Shown in pieces: positions 10,987 through 20,288 of a DNA stretch of 64,000 nucleotides. How positions within the stretch are numbered: the stretch's first letter is position 1; every line of letters begins with the position of its first letter. The stretch lies in NCBI GenBank assembly GCA_963663965.2, contig CAXXFK010000023.1, forward strand, positions 32,001 to 96,000. The letters are read 5' to 3'. The stretch comes from Sedimentisphaerales bacterium. GTDB lineage: Bacteria > Planctomycetota > Phycisphaerae > Sedimentisphaerales > SM23-30. Both the position numbers and the translations under genes were made by a program. Below the pieces are notes generated by a model. That model saw only the letters and a list, made by a program, of their open reading frames with translations, ran no database searches and was not told the DNA's origin.

Positions 10987-12054
10987 ATGAAATTCCGAGT
11001 CCGATACAATCCATCGTACCCCAGCCAATTGCCTCAATTTAAGGGGCAGATCCTCATCATTATCATCGGCGTTTTTATCCTGCTCTGGCTGCTGTTCTCC
11101 ACCTTTTACATGGTCGAGGCCGACAGCCAGGGAGTCCTCTTGCGTTTCGGCCGCTTCGATCGCCTCACAGAGCCCGGTCTGCACATGAAAATGCCCTGGC
11201 CCATCGAAACCGCCATGGTCATCCCCGTCCAGCAGGTCCAGTCGCTGGAGTACGGCTTCGAAACCGTCCGGCCCGGCCGCGACACTCAATACCGCACCCC
11301 CACCAAAGAAATGCGCACCATCGCCGAAATGCTTACCGGCGATCTCAACCTCGCCCATGTTGAATGGATCGTGCAATATCGCATCAACGATGCCTACCAA
11401 TACCTCTTTAAAGTCGGTGGCAAGTCCACCCCCCAGTCCACCATCGACGATATCATCAATGATATCTCCGAATCGGTCATGCGCCGCCTGGTCGGCGATG
11501 CCAGTGTCGATGAAGTCATCACCATCGGCCGCGACCAGATCGCCATGGAAGCCAAAGTCGATATCCAGGACATGCTCGACAAATTCGAAACCGGCGTGCA
11601 GGTCGTCACCGTCAAATTACAAACCGCCTCGCCACCCGAAGAGGTCAAAGACGCCTTCGACGAGGTCAACCGTGCCCGCCAGAAAAAAGAAAAAGTCATC
11701 AACGAAGCCCTGGGCGAAAAAAATCGCCAGATCCCCGCCGCCCGCGGCCAGCGCGACCGCGTCATCAGCGAAGCCGAAGGCTATCGCGAACGCGTCGTCC
11801 GCAGTATGGAAGGCAAGGTCAACGCCTTTCTCGCTCAGCTGGCCCAATACAAAAAGGCCCCCGAAATCACCCGCACCCGACTCTACCTCGAAACCATGGA
11901 GTCCATCCTGCAAGTCGCCCCCGATGTTACCGTTCTGGATAGCCAGATCTCCGGCATCCTGCCCCTGCTCGATTTAAACAATCCACAAAAAAAATCTATC
12001 GGGCCCTCTCTGCCCACCCCCTCGACTCCCGCTAATAATGGAGGCCGGCAATGA
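10987..12054 (+). CDS. hflK: FtsH protease modulator HflK
   Basis: SPFH domain, MLTGDLNLAHVEWIVQYRI, PPEEVKDAFDEV and APEITRTRLYLETM. Overlaps hflC by ATGA. Confidence 0.95.
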   Translation: MKFRVRYNPSYPSQLPQFKGQILIIIIGVFILLWLLFSTFYMVEADSQGVLLRFGRFDRLTEPGLHMKMPWPIETAMVIPVQQVQSLEYGFETVRPGRDTQYRTPTKEMRTIAEMLTGDLNLAHVEWIVQYRINDAYQYLFKVGGKSTPQSTIDDIINDISESVMRRLVGDASVDEVITIGRDQIAMEAKVDIQDMLDKFETGVQVVTVKLQTASPPEEVKDAFDEVNRARQKKEKVINEALGEKNRQIPAARGQRDRVISEAEGYRERVVRSMEGKVNAFLAQLAQYKKAPEITRTRLYLETMESILQVAPDVTVLDSQISGILPLLDLNNPQKKSIGPSLPTPSTPANNGGRQ

Positions 12055-13001
12055 AAATCAATAAACTCATTATAGCCATCGTTGCGTTCGTTATCCTGCT
12101 GATCATCCTGAGCGGCCTGTTTATCGTCGAAGAAGGCGAACAGGCGGTCATCACCCAGTTCGGCAAACCCGTGCGCAGCATAACCGAGGCCGGCCTCAAT
12201 ATCCGCATCCCCTTTATCCAGCGCATCCATGTCCTGGAAAAACGACTGCTGCCCTGGGACGGCGACGCCGAAAACATGCAGACCCGCGACAAAAAACGCA
12301 TCTTTGTCGATGTCTGGGCCCGCTGGCGCATTGTCGACCCCATGGTCTACTTCCAGCGCGTTCGCACCGAAATCCGCGGCTACAAAATACTCGATGACCT
12401 GGTCGACTCCGCAGTCCGCGACGTCGTTGCCCGCTACAACCTCATCGAAGTGGTCCGCAGCTCCAACCGTCAGCTGCAATACGAATCGAATGAATTAATG
12501 AACGAAGCCTTCGCGCTCGATCCCATCAAAGTCGGGCGCGCCAAAATGGAAAACGAAATCCTCTCCGTCGCTTCTAAAGATATCAAAGAAGAATACGGCA
12601 TCGAACTGATCTTGGTCAAAGTCAAGCGCGTTAACTATATCGAGTCAGTCCGGCCCACCGTCTACGACCGTATGCGAGCCGAACGGCTGCGCATCGCCAA
12701 CCTGTTCGAATCGGAAGCCAAAGAAGAAGAAAACAAAATCCTCGGCCAGATGCAAAAGGAACTCGAACAAATCACCGGAGAAACCGAACAGCGCTCCGCC
12801 GAAATTCGCGGTGAAGCCGATGCCGAAGTCATTGCAATCGCCGCCGAAGGGTTCTCCCAGGAACCCGAATTCTACCAGTTCCTCCGCTCGCTCGAGTCGC
12901 TCAAAAACTCCCTCCAGACCAACACCCGGCTGATTCTTTCTACCGACAATCCATTCCTTGAGCCCGTCAAACTGGGGCCCGCCTCATCGCCTTCAAAATA
13001 A
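12051..13001 (+). CDS. hflC: FtsH protease modulator HflC
   Basis: EGEQAVITQFGKP, TRDKKRIFVD..ARWRI, VYDRMRAER and PEFYQFLRSLE. Confidence 0.95.
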   Translation: MKINKLIIAIVAFVILLIILSGLFIVEEGEQAVITQFGKPVRSITEAGLNIRIPFIQRIHVLEKRLLPWDGDAENMQTRDKKRIFVDVWARWRIVDPMVYFQRVRTEIRGYKILDDLVDSAVRDVVARYNLIEVVRSSNRQLQYESNELMNEAFALDPIKVGRAKMENEILSVASKDIKEEYGIELILVKVKRVNYIESVRPTVYDRMRAERLRIANLFESEAKEEENKILGQMQKELEQITGETEQRSAEIRGEADAEVIAIAAEGFSQEPEFYQFLRSLESLKNSLQTNTRLILSTDNPFLEPVKLGPASSPSK

Positions 13002-13064
13002 TTGGGGATCATTAAGCCCGGTCTTTTGAACGGGGCCCAATGATACCGCTCACCGAGACATAAT

Positions 13065-13111
13065 AAAAAAACGATCCCGCAAAATTCAATTGGCGGGATC
13101 GTTGCTTTTTT
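13065..13111. terminator. Bidirectional rho-independent terminator
   Basis: AACGATCCCGC/GCGGGATCGTT stem flanked by A and T runs, between convergent genes. Confidence 0.8.
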
Positions 13112-13135
13112 AGCTCTTTCCGAATTCCAATACGT

Positions 13136-13285
13136 TTAGGCAACTGCCTCCACGTGGTACACCATTGTCGTCGCTTCCGGCTTGGCTTCCGGATCGGGTG
13201 TCGTCGGCTTGGATTCTTCTTTCTTGGCGCATCCACTCAGCGCGAACAGGCCCAGTATCGTTACGATACACAACAGCTTTTTCAT
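13136..13285 (-). CDS. Small (49 aa) lipoprotein
   Basis: GGAGG RBS, MKKLLCIVTILGLFALSG-C lipobox, followed by a terminator. Confidence 0.75.
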   Translation of the reverse strand: MKKLLCIVTILGLFALSGCAKKEESKPTTPDPEAKPEATTMVYHVEAVA

Positions 13286-13477
13286 AATAAACCTCCATTC
13301 AATGTTCGGGTTTAAAAACATCTGATTGATTATTAATTCCAGCTTCACCAGGCACTGGAAACACTCATTTTTCTACATTGATCATTATCTTAGTCGAAAA
13401 TTAAAAAATGTCTTACAAAAAAAGTAAAAAAGTTTACTTCCTTGCCCGGTTTAAGCAGCAATTGGCCCTGCTTTACT

Positions 13478-14080
13478 TCAAAACGTATTGTTTATAACCA
13501 CTTCACCCAGCGGCAGTTGCCCCGGTTTGGGCCAGGCCGCCTTGGTGCCCTTGCCCACGGCCACAAACATCGCCACCACATGATTCGCCGGCAGCTTAAT
13601 CAGCTTGCCAACCGCATCATAGTCAAAACCATCCATCGGACACGAATCATAACCCATTGCCTTCGCTGCCAGCATGATCGTCTGGGCCGCGATCCCGCAC
13701 GACCGCATCGCCTCATCCCGTTCAACCTGACTTTTACCCCGGTAATAGACATCGATCGCCGGCACCAGAAAATCCTGCACCTCTTTCGGCGCGTTCACCC
13801 AGTAGCGATTAGGTTCTTTCTCCCACGCCTTTAAATCGGCACACAATACGATCAATAACGACGCGTCCGTCACCTGGGCCTGATCCCACGCCACCTTCCG
13901 AATCTTATGACGTAATTCCGGATCTCGCACCACAACAAACCGCCAGTTCTGAATATTGAAGGCCGTGGGGGCCTGAATCGCCAGTTCAAAGAGCTGTTTT
14001 TCTTCCGATTCTGACAATTTGTGCCCTGCATCATAATGTTTTACCGCGCGACGGGCTCGGATGGCTTCAAAAGTGTCCAT
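13478..14080 (-). CDS. Nitroreductase family protein
   Basis: RRAVKHYD, APTAFNIQNWRFVVV and GYDSCPMDGFD. Confidence 0.93.
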   Translation of the reverse strand: MDTFEAIRARRAVKHYDAGHKLSESEEKQLFELAIQAPTAFNIQNWRFVVVRDPELRHKIRKVAWDQAQVTDASLLIVLCADLKAWEKEPNRYWVNAPKEVQDFLVPAIDVYYRGKSQVERDEAMRSCGIAAQTIMLAAKAMGYDSCPMDGFDYDAVGKLIKLPANHVVAMFVAVGKGTKAAWPKPGQLPLGEVVINNTF

Positions 14081-14276
14081 ATTATCTCCTTCTATATAAA
14101 AGAGTTATGTTGTTTTTAAAATTTATTCTAACAAACAGTCGTATGATTTTAGGCCCGCTCCAGCCGGTTTTTCAAATTCAACCGTCCCTAATACAAACTT
14201 ATACTGGAAATTCTCAGAAAAAATGCTATACTGCATCCCTTCAAAATGGTTGACCATTAATCCACAGGGAATTTCT

Positions 14277-15524
14277 ATGCAATTAACACGATTTGGCGAA
14301 AAGTTACAACATAAATCAGGCATCAGCCTCCTCATGGACGACCTCGATCATGCCATGAATGTCAACCGTGATATGCTCATGCTCGGCGGTGGCAATCCGG
14401 CTTTCGTACCTCCCGTCCAGCAGGTCTTTCGCGCCTGCATGCGCGACCTGCTCAACAATGGCGACAGCTACGAAAAAGCCCTTGGCATTTACGACGCCCC
14501 CCAGGGCAATACTGCCTTTATCGAAAACCTCAGCGCCCTGTTTCGCGCCGAGTTCGGCTGGGATATCACCCCCAAAAATATCGCCCTCACCACTGGCAGC
14601 CAGTCTGCCTTTTTTGTTCTGATGAACATGTTTGCCGGCGAAGATCGTCTCGGCCGCCAGAAAAAAATCCTCCTGCCCCTCGCCCCCGAATACATCGGCT
14701 ACACCGATATCGGCATCAGTGGCGATATCTTCCGCAGCTTCCAGCCCGAAATTGAACTGCTCGATAACCGATTCTTCAAATACCGCGTCAACTTCGACGC
14801 ACTCGAAATTGGTGACGATGTCGGCGCCGTCTGTCTGTCGCGCCCAACCAATCCCACCGGCAATGTGCTGACGGATGACGAAATTACCCGCCTGGTCCGG
14901 ATGACCACTGATAAAAACATCCCGCTCATCCTCGACAATGCCTACGGCACCCCATTCCCCAACATTATCTTCACCGACGCCCAGCCCATCTGGACCCCCA
15001 ATACCATCGTCAGTATGAGCCTGTCCAAATTCGGCCTGCCCGGCACCCGTACCGGTATCATTATCGCCCGGGAAGAGATTGTCCAGGCCGTCTGCGAATT
15101 CAACGCCGTGCTCAGCCTGGCCCCCGGTGGCATGGGCGCCGCCATCGCCAACCGCCTGGTCAAATCCGGCGAAATCCTCCAACTCAGCCGTGAAGTCATC
15201 AAACCCTTCTACCTGGAAAAATGCCAACACGCCGTCGCGATCTGGCAGCGCGAACTCCAAGGCCTCGATTACCGCATCCACAAGCCCGAAGGCGCCCTCT
15301 TCCTCTGGCTCTGGTTCAAAGACCTGCCCATTACCAACGAAGAACTCTACCAGCGCCTCAAAAAACGCGGCGTCCTCATCGTCCCCGGACACTATTTCTT
15401 CCCCGGCCTCCAGCAACCCTGGCAGCACGCCCATGAATGCTTCCGCATGACCTACTCCCAAAGCCCCCAAACCGTCGAAAAAGGCATCGCCATCATCGCC
15501 GACGAAATCAAACGCCTGTTCTGA
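14277..15524 (+). CDS. avtA: Valine--pyruvate aminotransferase
   Basis: MLGGGNPA, YDAPQG, PLAPEYIGY, SRPTNPTGNV, DNAYGTPFP, SLSKFGLPG (PLP Lys) and HKPEGALFLWLWF. Confidence 0.9.
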   Translation: MQLTRFGEKLQHKSGISLLMDDLDHAMNVNRDMLMLGGGNPAFVPPVQQVFRACMRDLLNNGDSYEKALGIYDAPQGNTAFIENLSALFRAEFGWDITPKNIALTTGSQSAFFVLMNMFAGEDRLGRQKKILLPLAPEYIGYTDIGISGDIFRSFQPEIELLDNRFFKYRVNFDALEIGDDVGAVCLSRPTNPTGNVLTDDEITRLVRMTTDKNIPLILDNAYGTPFPNIIFTDAQPIWTPNTIVSMSLSKFGLPGTRTGIIIAREEIVQAVCEFNAVLSLAPGGMGAAIANRLVKSGEILQLSREVIKPFYLEKCQHAVAIWQRELQGLDYRIHKPEGALFLWLWFKDLPITNEELYQRLKKRGVLIVPGHYFFPGLQQPWQHAHECFRMTYSQSPQTVEKGIAIIADEIKRLF

Positions 15525-15611
15525 CCAAAATTTCACAACCGTAACATACTTCAATAAAACGTTTTACAATTAATATTTGCAATTATGCATTTTGAATGCA
15601 TAATTGTAATA

Positions 15612-16838
15612 ATGGCCTTATCCAATTACATCACACGCGAACTTGAACGCCCGATAAAACAGGCCGCCCGGGATTTCCCGGTCATTGCCCTCACCGGCCC
15701 CCGCCAGTCCGGCAAAACGACCCTCCTGAACCATCTTTTCAGCAAAACCCACCGGTACCTCTCCATGGATCGCCCCGACATTCGTCAGGCAGCCCAACAC
15801 GATCCCAAAGGCTTCTTCACACTTTATCCGCCTCCGGTCCTGCTGGATGAAATTCAATACGCCCCCGAGCTGCTATCTTATATTAAAAACATCGTCGACC
15901 AGCACCGTGACCACAAAGGTCAGTTCATCCTGACCGGTTCCCAGAATTTTGCCATGTCCCAACAGATTTCCGAAAGCCTCGCCGGACGCGTCGCCATGTT
16001 GACATTACTGCCGCTGTCCTTTCGCGAAATCACCGGTCGCATCAATCGGCCGGCCCTGTGGGAAATCCCTTTTAGCAGATCGAACGAACCGGAAAACAAC
16101 GACTCCGAACAGCTATGGCCCTTTTTGCGGCGCGGCGGCTACCCCGAGCTGATCCGCGAACCGCACCGGGACGCTCAACTCTGGCACAGCAGCTATATCC
16201 AAACCTATCTGGAACGCGACCTGCGTTCACTTCGACAGGTGGGTGATCTGGGCCAGTTCCAGATCTTTATGCGCGCCCTGGCGGCACGCAATGGCCAGTT
16301 GCTCAACCTGACCGAATTAGGCAATGAATTGGGCCTGGTCACCAATACCGTAAAAGCCTGGATCTCGATTCTGGAAACCAGCTACCAAATCCTGCTCCTG
16401 CGGCCCTGGTTTACCAACACCGGCAAACGCCTGGTCAAAACTCCCAAACTATACTTCACCGATCCCGGCACGCTCTCATACTTCGCCGGCATTCAATCAA
16501 AAGAACACATATTAAGCCTCCCCCAGGGCGGCGCCCTGTTTGAAACCGCTGTCATTATGGAAATTATCAAATATTTCCGCAATCTCGGCCGGGAACCCCG
16601 TGTTTATTTCTGGCGCACTTCGACCGCTCAGGAAGTGGATCTGATCGTAGAATCCGGCCCGGCAATTATCCCCATTGAAATAAAACTGTCTTCAACTCCC
16701 CGCCCCAAAATGGCCGACAGTATCCGCGCCCTCCTGCGCGACCAGCCGCAAATAAAAACCGGCTATGTCATCCATACCGGCCCGGACACCCTGCCCCTGG
16801 GCGATCAGATTACTGCCATACCATTTGGGCGAATATAA
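15612..16838 (+). CDS. AAA+ ATPase (AAA_14 + DUF4143 type)
   Basis: GPRQSGKT Walker A, LDEIQ, LTGSQ, GGYPE, KRLVKTPKLYF and C-terminal EVDL...IEIK. Confidence 0.9.
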   Translation: MALSNYITRELERPIKQAARDFPVIALTGPRQSGKTTLLNHLFSKTHRYLSMDRPDIRQAAQHDPKGFFTLYPPPVLLDEIQYAPELLSYIKNIVDQHRDHKGQFILTGSQNFAMSQQISESLAGRVAMLTLLPLSFREITGRINRPALWEIPFSRSNEPENNDSEQLWPFLRRGGYPELIREPHRDAQLWHSSYIQTYLERDLRSLRQVGDLGQFQIFMRALAARNGQLLNLTELGNELGLVTNTVKAWISILETSYQILLLRPWFTNTGKRLVKTPKLYFTDPGTLSYFAGIQSKEHILSLPQGGALFETAVIMEIIKYFRNLGREPRVYFWRTSTAQEVDLIVESGPAIIPIEIKLSSTPRPKMADSIRALLRDQPQIKTGYVIHTGPDTLPLGDQITAIPFGRI

Positions 16839-16856
16839 TTTTGCCGGAACACTATC

Positions 16857-17537
16857 TTATCCCGCATTCAGATCTCTCACAAAATGCGACTCCGGCTTCA
16901 ATTCCGATGGTTCAAGTCCCAATATGTCCGCAATGATCTGACATAGATCGGACCAGATCTGCCGATCGTTCACTCTGTGATTCAGTTCTACAAGCGCTTT
17001 CGATAAATCCCCCAATGTCCTACAATGACTCGGGACGCTATAGCTTGCGTTCCGATAGGAGAAGCGCTTTCGATAAATCCCCATCAAAACGCATAAAGCC
17101 GCCAGACAGAATCCCGCCTTTATATATCCATAAAACAGTAAAGCAATTGAAATAACAACAAGAATTACCCAGAAAGCAAAGATCATCAATCCTTTTCCGC
17201 TGATCCCCGGCTCAAGTTTGGGAAATACCCACTTCGTTTGTTCCTCTAACCTTTCCCACAGCGTTTTTAACGTTTCATTTTCTGACAGGGCCGAAACCGG
17301 CATATTCGGTCGAATCATCTTACGAGGCCAAGCCGTTAGGTTAACCAGAGCCCTGCGCAACCGATAAAAAACCCGCTGCTCTGAACAACTCTCCACCAGA
17401 GGCCGGCTTCGTACTTTCGATTTAATCAACTCATAATACTTCCCAACCGTTTCGCATTGACTTGCTTCGTCTTCAGAGATCTGAATACCAAAGCGATCTT
17501 CCACCGCCATAACTATTTCTATCATATCAAGCCCCAC
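16857..17537 (-). CDS. Membrane protein with split acyl-carrier-protein-like segments
   Basis: The N-terminus MGLDMIEIVMAVEDRFGIQISEDEA..TVG and C-terminus IIADILGLEPSELKPESHFVRDL are ACP-like. Two transmembrane helices lie between them. Confidence 0.7.
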   Translation of the reverse strand: MGLDMIEIVMAVEDRFGIQISEDEASQCETVGKYYELIKSKVRSRPLVESCSEQRVFYRLRRALVNLTAWPRKMIRPNMPVSALSENETLKTLWERLEEQTKWVFPKLEPGISGKGLMIFAFWVILVVISIALLFYGYIKAGFCLAALCVLMGIYRKRFSYRNASYSVPSHCRTLGDLSKALVELNHRVNDRQIWSDLCQIIADILGLEPSELKPESHFVRDLNAG

Positions 17538-17547
17538 GGTTCACCCC

Positions 17548-17790
17548 TTAATACGCTTGTTGGCGAGATTGCCTCAGTTTATTTGATTTTGATTTAGAAT
17601 GATACCTTTGCACGGCCTGAAAATCTTTTTTCTCTAATTCCGGATTGTCAGTGATTAATTCCTCTTCAGAAATACCACCGGCCAGAGCCCGTAAAAATTG
17701 TTCGACGGTTATCCGCATACCCCTTATAGTCGGTTTTCCCGGCATAACTTTGGGATTTATAGCTATCCGTGATAATATATTTTCAGACAT
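17548..17790 (-). CDS. DUF433 domain protein (putative antitoxin)
   Basis: RIAINPKVMPGKPTIRGMRITVE...PELE signature. Confidence 0.8.
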   Translation of the reverse strand: MSENILSRIAINPKVMPGKPTIRGMRITVEQFLRALAGGISEEELITDNPELEKKDFQAVQRYHSKSKSNKLRQSRQQAY

Positions 17791-17893
17791 CTATAGCCTC
17801 ACTTTCTGTTTTTAATTACTTTGTCACTTTATATCAAATTTTAATCATTATTCAAGTAAACCCGCTCATTTCATCGATCTGTCCCCCGTCGCA

Positions 17894-17922
17894 TTGACTT
17901 ACCCCATCAAAAATGCTATAAA
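17894..17922 (+). promoter_or_regulatory. Probable sigma70 promoter of trpBA
   Basis: TTGACT-17 bp-TATAAA with a TG extended -10. Confidence 0.55.
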
Positions 17923-18026
17923 AGTACATAAAGTTATCATGGCCTGCCCAACCCGGCGATTTAGACCATAACCGATTTGTCTTAAGTAAGTTATCCAATA
18001 TCAGCATTCGAAACGGAACCTGAATT

Positions 18027-19208
18027 ATGAAAAACCCAGGACGCTACGGCCAGTTCGGCGGCTATTATGTGCCGGAAGTACTCATGCCCGCCTTGGAAGA
18101 AATCGAGCAGGCATTTTACCGCTGGCAGTTTGATGAGCAGTTCAATCGTGAATTATTTGAATTGCTCACCGATTACGCCGGCCGGCCCACCCCGCTCTAC
18201 CTGAGTCCCTCACTCAGCCGGCGCGTCGGCGCCCAGGTCTATCTCAAGCGCGAAGACCTCATGCACGGCGGCGCCCACAAACTCAACAACACTCTCGGCC
18301 AGGGCCTGCTCGCCAAATACATGGGCAAAAAGAAACTCATCGCCGAAACCGGCGCCGGCCAGCACGGACTGGCTACCGCCACCATCGGCGCCAAAATGGG
18401 CATGGAAGTCAAGGTCTTCATGGGCTGCGTGGATATCGAACGCCAGATGCCCAATGTCCAGAAAATGCGCCTGCTTGGCGCCGAAGTCATCTCCGTTACC
18501 AGCGCCACCGGCACCCTCAAAGACGCCATCAACGATGCCATGCGTTACTGGACGGCGCATGTGGATGACACCTTCTACCTCTTCGGCACTGCCGCCGGAC
18601 CGCATCCCTATCCCCAGGTCGTCCGCCATTTTCAGAAGGTCATCGGCGATGAAACCCGCCACCAATGCCTCAGCAAACTCGGCCGCCTGCCCACTGCGGT
18701 CATTGCCTGCGTTGGGGGCGGCAGCAATGCCATCGGCATGTTCGCCGGCTTTATCGAAGACGAAAAAGTTCAGCTCATAGGCGTCGAAGCCGCCGGCGAA
18801 GGTCTCGATACCGAACGTCACGCCGCCACTCTGCAAAAAGGCGGCGTCGGAGTTCTGCATGGCGCACGATCCTATATCCTCCAGGACGAAAACGGCCAGG
18901 TCCATGAATCCCATTCGATCAGCGCCGGCCTCGACTACCCCGGCGTTGGGCCCGAACATAGCTACCTCAAGGAAACCGGCCGGGCTGAATATGTCGGTGC
19001 CACCGATGATGAAGTCCTCGATACGTTCTTGCTGCTCACCCGCGAAGAGGGCATTATTCCCGCCTTCGAAAGCACCCACGCCATCGCCTGGTTGCTTAAT
19101 AACGCCGATCGTTTCCAATCCGACGATGTGGTCGTCGTCAATCTCTCCGGACGCGGTGACAAAGATGTCGACGCCTACATCCGATACCGGCCCGAATCTG
19201 CTAAATAA
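18027..19208 (+). CDS. trpB: Tryptophan synthase beta subunit
   Basis: [49 protein letters not shown] and NLSGRGDKD. Confidence 0.98.
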   Translation: MKNPGRYGQFGGYYVPEVLMPALEEIEQAFYRWQFDEQFNRELFELLTDYAGRPTPLYLSPSLSRRVGAQVYLKREDLMHGGAHKLNNTLGQGLLAKYMGKKKLIAETGAGQHGLATATIGAKMGMEVKVFMGCVDIERQMPNVQKMRLLGAEVISVTSATGTLKDAINDAMRYWTAHVDDTFYLFGTAAGPHPYPQVVRHFQKVIGDETRHQCLSKLGRLPTAVIACVGGGSNAIGMFAGFIEDEKVQLIGVEAAGEGLDTERHAATLQKGGVGVLHGARSYILQDENGQVHESHSISAGLDYPGVGPEHSYLKETGRAEYVGATDDEVLDTFLLLTREEGIIPAFESTHAIAWLLNNADRFQSDDVVVVNLSGRGDKDVDAYIRYRPESAK

Positions 19209-19210
19209 CC

Positions 19211-19239
19211 GTAGATGGGCAAGCACTGTTTGCCCATGC
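19211..19239 (+). repeat. GTAG-headed REP-like palindrome
   Basis: GTAG-ATGGGCAA..TTGCCCAT between trpB and trpA. A similar element lies at 35556. Confidence 0.5.
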
Positions 19240-19275
19240 TGAGTTTTTGCATAAAACCGCATTAAGGATGCCAGC

Positions 19276-20067
19276 ATGCTCACTTATAAACAACTCTTTG
19301 CCAACCTCAATCGCCCGGCCTTTGTCCCCTTTTTCGTTCTGGGCGATCCCAATTACAACGAGTCACTCCGACTGATCAAGGCCGCCATCGACGCCGGGGC
19401 GGATGTCCTCGAACTTGGCATCCCCTTCAGCGATCCTACCGCCGATGGCCCCACCATCCAGAAAGCCGATGTCCGCGCCCTTGAATCCGGTATGACCTGT
19501 AAAAAGGCGCTCAACCTTATTGCTGAAATCAAGCAATACCGCGACATACCGATCGGCCTGCTCATGTATTACAATATCATCGAAAAATACGGTCGCGAAA
19601 AATTTTATCTCGACGCCGCCCGCGCCGGGGTCAACAGCGTCCTGGTCGCCGACCTCTGTGTCGATGACGCCGACGAGGTCCAGCCCCTTATCGAAAAGGC
19701 CGGCCTCGACTCCGTCTACATGGTCACCCCCAACACCGCCGAAAGCCGCCGCGACAAAATCGCCCGGCTCTGTACCGGCTTTATCTATACCGTCTCCACC
19801 CTCGGCGTCACCGGCGCCCGCGCCCAGCTGAGCGACCTGGTCCTGCCCCTGGTTCACGATCTCAAACAACGGACCCCCATCCCCGTCTGTGTCGGTTTCG
19901 GCGTCAGCCAGCCCGATCATGCCCGACAACTTGCCGCCGCCGGCGTCGACGGCGTCATTGTCGGCTCCGCCATCGTCAATATCATCGATCGCAACCTCAA
20001 TAACCTTGATATGGCCGAATCCGAACTCAAACAACTCATCGCTGACATGAAGGCGGCACTGGAATAA
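19276..20067 (+). CDS. trpA: Tryptophan synthase alpha subunit
   Basis: ELGIPFSDPTADGPTIQ, GVTGAR, VGFGVS and DGVIVGSA. Confidence 0.98.
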   Translation: MLTYKQLFANLNRPAFVPFFVLGDPNYNESLRLIKAAIDAGADVLELGIPFSDPTADGPTIQKADVRALESGMTCKKALNLIAEIKQYRDIPIGLLMYYNIIEKYGREKFYLDAARAGVNSVLVADLCVDDADEVQPLIEKAGLDSVYMVTPNTAESRRDKIARLCTGFIYTVSTLGVTGARAQLSDLVLPLVHDLKQRTPIPVCVGFGVSQPDHARQLAAAGVDGVIVGSAIVNIIDRNLNNLDMAESELKQLIADMKAALE

Positions 20068-20288
20068 TCCTGAATGCATAACTATTAAAATTTAAAATAG
20101 TTTACACCAAAGGGTCTGCCAGACCCCAAAACGCCTCGATAACAATCATTTCATATTTTTTTATTTTCAAGTGGAATTGCCTTGAACCCCGGCCAATAAT
20201 CGAAAAAGATTAGCTCTTAAGTAAAGAGTCGTGCCGGATGTTCGCATTCTTGGCATACAAAACCTCTATGGTCACAGGGAGATCGAAA

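Noticed and set aside
17923..18026. Trp attenuator or T-box upstream of trpB
   Set aside because: No Trp-codon leader peptide, T-box motif or terminator hairpin was seen.
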